From: a virus
Lineage: Duplodnaviria > Caudoviricetes
Length of the DNA: 34,527 nt
Strand: one strand, 5' to 3'
Virus record (IMG/VR): IMGVR_UViG_3300020042_004530
Coordinates: 1 to 34,527 of that record
Under the pieces are notes generated by a model, which saw only the letters and a list, made by a program, of their open reading frames with translations, had not been told where the DNA came from and ran no database searches. Position 1 is the first letter of the stretch; each line of letters opens with the position of its first letter. The position numbers were made by a program, and so were the translations under genes. Of this stretch, positions 1-6,971 are shown one piece after another.

Positions 1-121
1 TTTAAATCACACTAATATGAAAGTACCACCAGTAGTAATTGAATTATTTAAGCGTATTGCAACAGATAACCCCACTTTCTTTAAATGGGTGCAGTTTGTG
101 TCCGCTGTTATTGGCATTATT
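1..121 (+). repeat. Terminal direct repeat (copy 1) of the circular assembly; matches 34407-34527
   Basis: 1-84 is identical to 34407-34490; mismatches at 85, 89, 91, 100, 119 and 121. Confidence 0.97.
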
Positions 122-259
122 GCCTTTGTTCCTGATGTGTTAGCGTTCTTAGATATAGCTTCGCCGTCATGGCTTGAAGTGCTACACACTAAAGCGGTAA
201 AGGTAGGGGCGTTAATCGCTATATTTGTGGCACAGTTGCCGAACAACCAACCGAAATAA
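17..259 (+). CDS. Putative holin (two hydrophobic segments)
   Basis: 80 aa with WVQFVSAVIGIIAFV and VGALIAIFVA; lies between the tail genes (via the circular join) and the spanin/endolysin. Confidence 0.6.
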   Translation: MKVPPVVIELFKRIATDNPTFFKWVQFVSAVIGIIAFVPDVLAFLDIASPSWLEVLHTKAVKVGALIAIFVAQLPNNQPK

Positions 260-263
260 ACTG

Positions 264-289
264 AAAGCCGCCTAACAAGCGGTTTTTTT
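264..289 (+). terminator. Intrinsic terminator
   Basis: AAAGCCGC-ctaacaa-GCGGTTTT followed by a T tract. Confidence 0.75.
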
Positions 290-318
290 GTTACATATTG
301 AATAATTACTTATATTCG
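287..318 (+). promoter_or_regulatory. Bacteroidota-type promoter
   Basis: TTTG(287-290)-N20-TATATTCG(311-318); ATG follows at 323. Confidence 0.6.
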
Positions 319-322
319 GTTT

Positions 323-430
323 ATGAAACAAGAATATAAGAACTGGATTGTTATGGCTTTACTTGCTATTGCTTTACTATCAGTTGGTATGTTCATTGGT
401 TATTTAACATCAATAATTGCAAAAGCATGA
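323..430 (+). CDS. 35-aa single-TM peptide (not in ORF track)
   Basis: MKQEYKNWIVMALLAIALLSVGMFIGYLTSIIAKA; directly after the promoter; ATGA overlap with the next ORF. Confidence 0.6.
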   Translation: MKQEYKNWIVMALLAIALLSVGMFIGYLTSIIAKA

Positions 431-504
431 AACCGACAACAACAGAAATCTTAGCGGGTGTATTCTTCTTCGCTACCTTAATTTTAATCGTAATCTATGT
501 GTAA
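427..504 (+). CDS. 25-aa single-TM peptide, paralog of 20548-20631
   Basis: MKPTTTEILAGVFFFATLILIVIYV; ATGA-coupled upstream and overlaps the spanin start. Confidence 0.6.
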   Translation: MKPTTTEILAGVFFFATLILIVIYV

Positions 505-1009
505 TGTTCTACCGAATCGCCGAATGGCTTTTACCGTATGTTTATCCGTACTAGTGGCGGGTTGTGGTATTAAGTGGGCAACCAATCGTGTATTATCTAA
601 CCCCGATGCAATTGCAAAGGTTGGGGCGGTTTACGATGCACTTACGCCGAGAGATACAACGGAGAAGCTATTTTTTATTGCGGGGGATAGTATTGTTATT
701 GAGCATACAGACACAGTGCGAGTAGTAAAGGATTCCATTGCAACCGATACTATCCGCATCCGAACCGTTCGGAATATCCGAACTGTTGATACTATCATTA
801 AGCAGTTACCACCCGATAATCGTGCAATGGCTCGTCTGCTTGATTCTTTGGGCAAATACACCAATGAATTGAACGAAGCTAAGGGAAGTATTAAAGAGAA
901 AGACAAGGGGCTTAAAACGGCTAATAATAGGCTTTTTTGGATGGCGGGAATAATCTTGGTGCTTGGTATAGTTATAGGTTTACTTTTACGGTTTAAAGTA
1001 AAGCTGTAA
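497..1009 (+). CDS. Putative unimolecular spanin (N-terminal lipoprotein, C-terminal TM)
   Basis: Lipobox LVAG-C after a hydrophobic segment; coiled-coil-like region; C-terminal TM LFWMAGIILVLGIVIGLLL plus basic tail; lysis-module context. Confidence 0.7.
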   Translation: MCNVLPNRRMAFTVCLSVLVAGCGIKWATNRVLSNPDAIAKVGAVYDALTPRDTTEKLFFIAGDSIVIEHTDTVRVVKDSIATDTIRIRTVRNIRTVDTIIKQLPPDNRAMARLLDSLGKYTNELNEAKGSIKEKDKGLKTANNRLFWMAGIILVLGIVIGLLLRFKVKL

Positions 1010-1039
1010 TTATACCCATTTATACCCAATTCAACCGAT

Positions 1040-1183
1040 ATGACACTACAAGAAGCCATAAGCAGAATGAAGCAGTTAAGGACTAAGCGGAAATGTTTTT
1101 ACGCTTTCCGTAAGGCAGCCAACAAGGGCGTTAATGGTAGGGTTAACAAGTTATTTATTAACGAGTTTAAATATGATAAGTGA
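1040..1183 (+). CDS. Small basic hypothetical protein (47 aa)
   Basis: MTLQEAISRMKQLRTKRK...; fills the gap; GTGA overlap with the next ORF. Confidence 0.4.
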   Translation: MTLQEAISRMKQLRTKRKCFYAFRKAANKGVNGRVNKLFINEFKYDK

Positions 1184-1308
1184 AACGTATGCGGCAAATA
1201 CTATCCTACAAGCAATTTTATTGCGGGTTAAAGAATGACCTAGCGTTTAAGAAGTTTTATCGTAGGGGCAAATTAGGTAGGTGTATTAAAATTTACTCAA
1301 CGTACTAA
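1180..1308 (+). CDS. Small basic hypothetical protein (about 42 aa)
   Basis: GTG start overlapping the previous stop; MKRMRQILSYKQFYCG... Confidence 0.3.
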   Translation: MKRMRQILSYKQFYCGLKNDLAFKKFYRRGKLGRCIKIYSTY

Positions 1309-1323
1309 GTAAAATTACTCAAT

Positions 1324-1863
1324 ATGATACCAAACTTTCTAAAGGGTTACCAAATGCCAAAACACATGCAAATCGCATTTAGTTTAATTGGCACTAAAGA
1401 AATAGTCGGATCAAAACATAGTGCAACGATTTTGCAATGGGCTAAAGATTTAGGACTAGGTAAAATATACACCAATGACGAGTTAGCGTGGTGCGGGTTA
1501 TTCTTTGCTCACGTTATGAAAGAAGCGGGGCGCAGAGTTGATCTAAACACTAAAGATGCTTACGATTATTTAAGGGCTGCAAAGTATGTAGGGATGAATG
1601 GTGCGGAGATTATAGACGCTAAAGATGCAGCGTTTGGGGATGTACTAATATTCCAAAGGCCTGGCGGAGGTCATATCGGGTTTTATGTAAGTGAAAGCGA
1701 AAACTTTTACAACGTACTTGGTGGCAATCAATCCAATTCTGTTAACCTTACTAATATTCATAAGAACAGATTAACGCATTGTTTACGCCCTACCTACATA
1801 AGCCATAGACCGCAAAAGTTTACAGCCGCAGTAGTAGGAAAGATAAGCGACAATGAAGCATAA
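1324..1863 (+). CDS. Endolysin, TIGR02594-type NlpC/P60/CHAP-like peptidoglycan peptidase
   Basis: DELAWCGLF (catalytic Cys), GGGHIGFY (His), VLGGNQSNSV. Confidence 0.85.
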   Translation: MIPNFLKGYQMPKHMQIAFSLIGTKEIVGSKHSATILQWAKDLGLGKIYTNDELAWCGLFFAHVMKEAGRRVDLNTKDAYDYLRAAKYVGMNGAEIIDAKDAAFGDVLIFQRPGGGHIGFYVSESENFYNVLGGNQSNSVNLTNIHKNRLTHCLRPTYISHRPQKFTAAVVGKISDNEA

Positions 1864-1883
1864 ATAACCAATAAACAAAATAC

Positions 1884-2864
1884 ATGATAAAGAAGATTGA
1901 CTTAGCTAGACAGTACCGAGATAAGTATGGTATGGGTATGCCAACCTTGAAACTTGCTCGTATAATGTACAAAGAGAATAACCTATACTTTACTAGCTTG
2001 GATGCTGCTAGAACTTGCTTAAGAAAGATTGAGGGCAAAGTAACAAGCGCACAAGGGCCAAAGGTAGTAACACACCCCGCACCAGAACGGCCTAAGAACC
2101 CCTACAAGCTACCCGCATCGGATGAAACAGAGTTTACCCCTTACGAGATTAAAGGCCACAAGAGAATAGCTATTTTTAGCGATATACACGTTCCTTACCA
2201 TTCCATTGATTGTATTACGGCTGCACTAGACTATTGCAAGAAAGAGAAACCAGATGCTTTGCTATTAAACGGTGATACGATAGATTGTCATAGGCTTTCA
2301 AGATTTACCAAAGACCCAAAGAAAAGAAACTTTGCTTTGGAATTAGACACGTTTAAAGAACTGTTTAACATCTTTGAGCGTGAGATGAAATGTAAGATAT
2401 ATTTTAAAGTTGGCAACCATGAAGAACGATACGAGCATTTCCTTTACGAGAAAGCGGGGGAATTAGTAGGTATTGAAGAGTTTACCTTTGAGAATATAAT
2501 CAAAGCAAGGGCTAGGGGTATTGAAATAATATCCGATAAACGACCTATGAAGATGGGCGGCCTTTGGGGTATTCATGGCCACGAATATATTGGTGGTATT
2601 TCTGCACCAGTTAACCCCGCTAGAGGGTTAAACCTTAAAGCAAAGGTATCTTGTTTCCAGGGGCATAACCACCAAACGAGCGAACACACAGAACCAACGT
2701 TAGGCGGTAAGATGGTTACAACATGGTCATTGGGTTGCATGAGTGAACTGCATCCCGCTTATATGCCATTAAATAAGTGGAATCATGGGTTCGCAATGGT
2801 TGACTTAGACGGCGAAGATTTTGAGTTTAGGAATAAGAGAGTTTATAAAGGAAAGATTTTATAA
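1884..2864 (+). CDS. Calcineurin-like metallophosphoesterase
   Basis: Five motifs: SDIH, NGDTID, GNHE, IHGH, GHNH. Confidence 0.9.
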   Translation: MIKKIDLARQYRDKYGMGMPTLKLARIMYKENNLYFTSLDAARTCLRKIEGKVTSAQGPKVVTHPAPERPKNPYKLPASDETEFTPYEIKGHKRIAIFSDIHVPYHSIDCITAALDYCKKEKPDALLLNGDTIDCHRLSRFTKDPKKRNFALELDTFKELFNIFEREMKCKIYFKVGNHEERYEHFLYEKAGELVGIEEFTFENIIKARARGIEIISDKRPMKMGGLWGIHGHEYIGGISAPVNPARGLNLKAKVSCFQGHNHQTSEHTEPTLGGKMVTTWSLGCMSELHPAYMPLNKWNHGFAMVDLDGEDFEFRNKRVYKGKIL

Positions 2865-2865
2865 C

Positions 2866-3032
2866 CCAAGTTAATTCAAAAAGAGAACCCGAACGTACAC
2901 AACGGCAACTACGATGGGCTGCAAGTCGGAAAGCTATAAGGTTTGGGGATGTAGGACTGAAACCGACTACACTTGGTGCAGCATCATATTGCCGACATCG
3001 GGAAAATGATAAGTAGGTTACTCTTTGTAACC
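2866..3032 (+). ncRNA. Candidate structured RNA of unknown family (strand inferred)
   Basis: Nested complementary blocks CCCGA/TCGGG, CGGCAA/TTGCCG, GCTGCA/TGCAGC, AGTCGG/CCGACT, plus a GGTTAC/GTAACC hairpin, in a large intergenic gap. Confidence 0.45.
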
Positions 3033-3154
3033 ATCTTATAAGGTTAAAACTGATAATTGAACTATGAAAACTTAATAATATGAGTATAGCACCAGGATAT
3101 AGAGGCACAAATAACATTATGGAAGATTTTGCTAAAAGGAATCAATGTGATAAT

Positions 3155-3421
3155 ATGAAATCACTAGAAACGCAAATAGGCGGCAATCACTACAAAGACA
3201 TGAATATACAGCCGTTGGAGTTTATAATGGCGAATAACATACCTTATTGTGAGGCAAATTGCATAAAGTACATTTGCAGATATAAAAACAAAGCTGGGAT
3301 ATGGGACTTGCTTAAAGCCCGTCATTACTTAGATATACTAATTGAACATGAACAAAGAAGAACTGAAAGCGGAGATAGCGAAGCGGGAAGCGGAACTAGC
3401 AATACTTTACCAACAACTTAG
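3155..3421 (+). CDS. DUF3310 protein (T7 gp1.7 nucleotide kinase / SaV-like); alternative start 3080
   Basis: QIGGNHYK...IQPLEFI...NCIKYICRYKNK..DLLKARHYL. Confidence 0.8.
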   Translation: MKSLETQIGGNHYKDMNIQPLEFIMANNIPYCEANCIKYICRYKNKAGIWDLLKARHYLDILIEHEQRRTESGDSEAGSGTSNTLPTT

Positions 3422-3443
3422 AGCCTTAATATATGGAAGCTGA
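3348..3443 (+). CDS. Possible 31-aa coiled-coil peptide overlapping the DUF3310 tail
   Basis: MNKEELKAEIAKREAELAILYQQLRALIYGS is amphipathic; the overlapped DUF3310 tail is low-complexity. Confidence 0.4.
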   Translation: MNKEELKAEIAKREAELAILYQQLRALIYGS

Positions 3444-3657
3444 AGAACTACCAGAAGAAGATGGAATCCTAGAGTTTACCACTCGTGAGGAATACATCAC
3501 GTGCGCTTGTAATGCCCTTAACAGTACCGAAAGCATAGACGCTATGACGGCTGCTGATAAGCAACGGTTAAACCGTATTAGGCGTAAGTGTTTGCTTATA
3601 CTGGATAGTATGGTTGGGGAAATGTATGATGAGCTGTTTGATCAGGATGAAGAATAA
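3433..3657 (+). CDS. Acidic hypothetical protein
   Basis: 74-aa ORF ending at a convergent terminator. Confidence 0.65.
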   Translation: MEAEELPEEDGILEFTTREEYITCACNALNSTESIDAMTAADKQRLNRIRRKCLLILDSMVGEMYDELFDQDEE

Positions 3658-3682
3658 AAAAAGCCTACCGATTAGGGTAGGC
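3655..3682 (-). terminator. Intrinsic terminator of the leftward operon (possibly bidirectional)
   Basis: A tract then GCCTACC-gattag-GGTAGGC on the + strand. Confidence 0.75.
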
Positions 3683-3684
3683 GG

Positions 3685-3777
3685 CTAGTCAACATCCCCA
3701 CTATCCTCACCACGAATAATCAAGTGGCAAAGGATAGCAAAGAGGATTAGGAGGGTTATGATGGAGGGGTAGTTCAT
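3685..3777 (-). CDS. 30-aa single-TM peptide (not in ORF track)
   Basis: MNYPSIITLLILFAILCHLIIRGEDSGDVD; ATGA overlap with the DUF551 stop; ends just before the terminator. Confidence 0.55.
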   Translation of the reverse strand: MNYPSIITLLILFAILCHLIIRGEDSGDVD

Positions 3778-3962
3778 TCGGTAGGCGGTTCGGGTAATGG
3801 CATCCAATGGGTGATATGCTTTAAAGTAATATCTTCGTCCCTAAACTCGGTAGTAAATTCTACTCCATTGAACCAGGCTATCTCCATATCATTCCATGTA
3901 TTGCAAACAATAACATTTTTAACAACTTCAGGCAATCTTTCTTTTACTGGAATCCATTTCAT
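3774..3962 (-). CDS. DUF551 domain protein
   Basis: MKWIPVKERLPE...ITHWMPLPEPP signature. Confidence 0.9.
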   Translation of the reverse strand: MKWIPVKERLPEVVKNVIVCNTWNDMEIAWFNGVEFTTEFRDEDITLKHITHWMPLPEPPTE

Positions 3963-3999
3963 AAATTAAGGTTTATAAGGGTTATTTTTTTGGGGTAGT

Positions 4000-4173
4000 T
4001 TATTTGTCTAAGTAATATAGGATTAACATATAAACAGCGTAGATTACCCCACCGATACAGCATAAAAGTATTAACAATAAAAGACCTATTGCACCTACAA
4101 AGTAAGATACAATACCTATTGCTGAACAAATTAAAAATGTTATTAAGGCTGCTAAAATTCTTTTCTTACTCAT
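4000..4173 (-). CDS. 57-aa two-TM membrane protein (not in ORF track)
   Basis: MSKKRILAALITFLICSAIGIVSYFVGAIGLLLLILLCCIGGVIYAVYMLILYYLDK; ATGA-coupled. Confidence 0.65.
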   Translation of the reverse strand: MSKKRILAALITFLICSAIGIVSYFVGAIGLLLLILLCCIGGVIYAVYMLILYYLDK

Positions 4174-4259
4174 AACTCTTCATTTTTATTCATTCGGTTA
4201 ACAGATAGGTATGCAAGTCGGAGGCATACGAGGTAAATAATTATTAGTACGTATATCAT
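4170..4259 (-). CDS. 29-aa single-TM peptide (not in ORF track)
   Basis: MIYVLIIIYLVCLRLAYLSVNRMNKNEEL; tightly packed between neighbours. Confidence 0.55.
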   Translation of the reverse strand: MIYVLIIIYLVCLRLAYLSVNRMNKNEEL

Positions 4260-4262
4260 TGG

Positions 4263-4358
4263 TTAAGGTTTATCGTTTACAAATACTTTAGGCGGTATCA
4301 CTTTTCTAGGCTTCGCTTTCTCAAGCAATAGCCATATGGCTTGTTCGGTTACTGACAT
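4263..4358 (-). CDS. 31-aa hypothetical peptide (not in ORF track)
   Basis: MSVTEQAIWLLLEKAKPRKVIPPKVFVNDKP; overlaps the end of 4349-4666. Confidence 0.5.
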   Translation of the reverse strand: MSVTEQAIWLLLEKAKPRKVIPPKVFVNDKP

Positions 4359-4666
4359 ACTTCTACCATTTCATAAGTAGTTACTAAATAAGATTCCTTT
4401 GGCACAAACGGTTCTGCTAATTGCTGCGCTATGTGTGCATACTTCTCAACGTGCATATCCTGAAGCTTACGCTGTTGAGCTAACAAGTCGTTTAACTGAT
4501 CTTCGTGGTATGCCCTAGTGCGTGTAGTTTGCAAAGGGTCTTTACTGTTAAGTACTAATCGGTCTTGCGTGTGGGCAATGTCTGCTTTGATTGCGTTGAT
4601 TTGGTTAAGCGTGTAGACTGCTGATTTGTGCAGTTCTAAGAGGTTTGTGATTTGTTGGTGTTTCAT
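4349..4666 (-). CDS. Hypothetical coiled-coil protein
   Basis: 105 aa, helical; A-rich leader. Confidence 0.7.
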   Translation of the reverse strand: MKHQQITNLLELHKSAVYTLNQINAIKADIAHTQDRLVLNSKDPLQTTRTRAYHEDQLNDLLAQQRKLQDMHVEKYAHIAQQLAEPFVPKESYLVTTYEMVEVCQ

Positions 4667-4693
4667 GTTAATAGTTTTGCCTAAAATGCCCCA

Positions 4694-4722
4694 CTACTTT
4701 TGATAGCGAGGCTGGTTGTTAG
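4694..4722 (-). terminator. Hairpin (weak terminator or processing site)
   Basis: Minus strand GCCTCGCTAT-caaaa-GTAGTGGGGC-atttt. Confidence 0.45.
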
Positions 4723-4739
4723 GGGGAGGGTAGGTGTAA

Positions 4740-5009
4740 TCATCGTGTATACTTGTCTACTAGTAAAAGCAATTGATTAATAGGCATAAGTTTCATGAAT
4801 AAATTTATTTCTTTTTCCCAAAGTAAGCCGCTATCAAAATGACCGTAAACGCCATCAAAATAATCTCCGTCAGTAGATTCTCTGCAATACATTTTAACTT
4901 GATATAAAGAAATACCTAATTTTTTTGCTGCTTCTTTTTCCGACTTAGACCAAGCAGATTTAAAAATCTGTTGCCTTCTATAAACGCAAGGGTATATATA
5001 CCTTTTCAT
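4740..5009 (-). CDS. Hypothetical protein with a possible HTH
   Basis: SEKEAAKKLGISLYQVK resembles an HTH. Confidence 0.65.
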   Translation of the reverse strand: MKRYIYPCVYRRQQIFKSAWSKSEKEAAKKLGISLYQVKMYCRESTDGDYFDGVYGHFDSGLLWEKEINLFMKLMPINQLLLLVDKYTR

Positions 5010-5011
5010 GT

Positions 5012-5224
5012 TTAATTGTATTTAATGTTTTGCAAAGATTGCTTTTCGTATTTCTTAAGTTGAGTATAAACTGCATCAAAACTTTTATACGTAACACCTT
5101 CCCAGCTATTGTAACCTCTATTTGTAGTAAAGCCCCATAAGCCATTGCAATCCATTTCAATAGAAGCGGTTTCGTTTAATTTTGAATCAAGGTTAAATAC
5201 GATTGTTGTAGTTAATGCTTTCAT
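5012..5224 (-). CDS. Hypothetical protein, first gene of the leftward operon
   Basis: 70 aa; consensus promoter and A-rich leader upstream. Confidence 0.75.
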   Translation of the reverse strand: MKALTTTIVFNLDSKLNETASIEMDCNGLWGFTTNRGYNSWEGVTYKSFDAVYTQLKKYEKQSLQNIKYN

Positions 5225-5244
5225 GTTTGTTTGCTTTGTTTAGG

Positions 5245-5275
5245 CAAATATACATACTGTTTTGATATTTCCAAA
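5245..5275 (-). promoter_or_regulatory. Consensus Bacteroidota promoter (leftward)
   Basis: Minus strand TTTG-N19-TATATTTG. Confidence 0.85.
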
Positions 5276-5346
5276 TTATTTTACTAATTATTTAAAAAGT
5301 TTTTTAGTTTAACCAAAAGTACTATATTCGCATAAATTATAAAATT

Positions 5347-5496
5347 ATGAAACCACCAAAACCACAACCCGAAACTAGAGGGCGTAAAAAGTTACCATTA
5401 GACGAAAAGCGTAAACCTATTACCTTTTTCATCCCATTAGCTAACCACGAAAGGTTTAAAACAGATGCGGCCAAATTGGTTAAAAAGTACTTATAA
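5347..5496 (+). CDS. 49-aa putative DNA-binding regulator (AT-hook-like motif plus ribbon-helix-like segment; not in ORF track)
   Basis: MKPPKPQPETRGRKKLPLDEKRKPITFFIPLANHERFKTDAAKLVKKYL; own -7 box TATATTCG at 5323-5330. Confidence 0.65.
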   Translation: MKPPKPQPETRGRKKLPLDEKRKPITFFIPLANHERFKTDAAKLVKKYL

Positions 5497-5515
5497 AATA
5501 AATACTAAAATAAAT

Positions 5516-5546
5516 TTTGCAATATCGAAACACTATTGTAATATTA
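5516..5546 (+). promoter_or_regulatory. Rightward early promoter, inverted paralog of the leftward promoter
   Basis: TTTG-N19-TAATATTA within a block similar to the reverse complement of 5221-5293. Confidence 0.6.
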
Positions 5547-5566
5547 CATTCTAAAACAAAAACAAC

Positions 5567-6154
5567 ATGAACCGTTCCGAATCAATCGCTAAAATTTCAG
5601 CCGCTTTGGTTAAAAGCCAAGCTGAAATGTCAAACGCTAAGAAAGGCGCATCTAACCCTTTCTTTAAATCAAAGTATGCGGATCTAAACTCTATTCGTGA
5701 AGCTGCATTGCCAGTACTTAACGCACATGGTATAACAGTTATTCAACCTACTTGCGTAGTAGATGGCATTAACTATGTAGAAACAATCCTATTGCATGAA
5801 AGCGGCGAATACATTAGTAGCCTTACACAAATAGTAGTTGATAAAGTTACCGATGCACAAAAACATGGCAGTGGGTTATCATATGCTCGTAGATACGCTT
5901 TGCAGTCTATTGTTTGCTTAGGTGCGGAGGATGACGATGCAAATGCAGCGGTTAAGCCTATTGCGAACCTGGATGAAGAAAAGAACAAAGCATTGCGTGA
6001 TTTTAACGTATGCAAATCAATCACCGATGTAACAGCCGTATGGAATAAACTACCCGCTCACATTCGTGCTATCCCCGAAGTAGTAGAAGCTTGTAAAGTA
6101 AAGGGAGAATCATTTAAAGTTGTTAAAACCGCTACCAATGAAACTACCAAGTAA
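5567..6154 (+). CDS. erf: ERF-family single-strand annealing recombinase
   Basis: NPFFKSKYADL, HESGE, GSGLSYARRYAL, EDDDAN. Confidence 0.92.
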   Translation: MNRSESIAKISAALVKSQAEMSNAKKGASNPFFKSKYADLNSIREAALPVLNAHGITVIQPTCVVDGINYVETILLHESGEYISSLTQIVVDKVTDAQKHGSGLSYARRYALQSIVCLGAEDDDANAAVKPIANLDEEKNKALRDFNVCKSITDVTAVWNKLPAHIRAIPEVVEACKVKGESFKVVKTATNETTK

Positions 6155-6362
6155 CGACCATGACATCCAGAAGCACGAAGCCGAAAACTATCCTATTAGT
6201 GGCAACGGCATTATCCCTACATGGGTTAAACGTAGAGAGGGCAAAGATGCTAGAAAGTACCTTAACGCATGGTTGGATGATATGACACCTGAAGAAAGGC
6301 AACAGCATAATGAAAGAGAAGCTGAATATCAAAAATCAATATCCAATGCAGAATACTATTAG
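6138..6362 (+). CDS. Hypothetical protein
   Basis: ATG at 6138 overlaps the erf end; packed operon. Confidence 0.6.
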   Translation: MKLPSNDHDIQKHEAENYPISGNGIIPTWVKRREGKDARKYLNAWLDDMTPEERQQHNEREAEYQKSISNAEYY

Positions 6363-6606
6363 TCTTACCGACCTTTACCACAACCAGGCGCACGAATATC
6401 GTGTAGCTTTGGAGCGTGAGATATGGCACACCCGAAGAATCTTTGGCGAACCATTGCGTGAAGATGTAAGGCGTGTGTTACTTAGCGCACTTAAAGAAAT
6501 CTCAATACCTAATATTGATACAAGCGCATACGATGCGGGTGAAGTAATAAGAACACCGAAACCGAATTTCCACCTCATTATGCGTGAGGTAGTGAATAAT
6601 ATCTAA
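6346..6606 (+). CDS. Hypothetical protein
   Basis: Likely start MQNTIS; packed operon. Confidence 0.6.
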   Translation: MQNTISLTDLYHNQAHEYRVALEREIWHTRRIFGEPLREDVRRVLLSALKEISIPNIDTSAYDAGEVIRTPKPNFHLIMREVVNNI

Positions 6607-6636
6607 AGGCAGCGGCTCCCTATACCCGCCATTAAC

Positions 6637-6921
6637 ATGAGTACACTATACAATGGAAGTATCTGTTTATCAGACATCCCAAAAGACAAGATTACCAAGT
6701 CTGAAAAAAATGGTAAATCGTATTTAAATTTTAACCTTTGGGTTAATGATGAAAAAGACCAGTACGGAAATATTGGTTCTATCAATGTATCGCAGTCAAA
6801 GGAAGAGCGATTAGCAAAAGTACCTAAGGTTTACTTTGGCAACATTAAGCCAGTAGAACGTGGTATCACAATAACACAAGCGGCTGCTAGTGTTGACCCA
6901 GCGGACGATCTCCCCTTTTAA
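6637..6921 (+). CDS. SSB-like protein of Bacteroidota phages
   Basis: SICLSDIPK..NGKSYLN..DQYGN; acidic C-terminal DDLPF; near erf. Confidence 0.7.
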   Translation: MSTLYNGSICLSDIPKDKITKSEKNGKSYLNFNLWVNDEKDQYGNIGSINVSQSKEERLAKVPKVYFGNIKPVERGITITQAAASVDPADDLPF

Positions 6922-6930
6922 CCTAACCCC

Positions 6931-6957
6931 AACACCCTTACATTTGTAGGGGTGTTT
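6931..6957 (+). terminator. Stem-loop (terminator or processing site)
   Basis: AACACCCTTACA-tt-TGTAGGGGTGTT with a short U tract. Confidence 0.55.
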
Positions 6958-6971
6958 AAAACAACAAACAA

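Noticed and set aside
631-1059. 142-aa minus-strand ORF
   Set aside because: Antisense shadow of the spanin-like gene; no promoter or motif support.
2871-3013. SAM-I riboswitch resemblance (AAGAG, CGGCAAC, GGTGC, GATAA) and hammerhead-like CTGA/GAAA words
   Set aside because: The GAGGGA/GGCCC P2 kink-turn and a proper P1 are absent, and no CUGANGA core with correct stems is present.
2827-3117. 96-aa minus-strand ORF across the intergenic gap
   Set aside because: Opposes the local gene direction, overlaps the flanking plus-strand ORFs and has no recognisable motifs.
4209-4229. Hairpin GTATGC-aagtcggag-GCATAC sharing the 11-mer TGCAAGTCGGA with 2920-2930 (possible antisense pair)
   Set aside because: Many 11-mer matches are expected by chance in 34 kb and this one lies in a likely coding micro-ORF; revisit only if the 2866-3032 RNA is confirmed.
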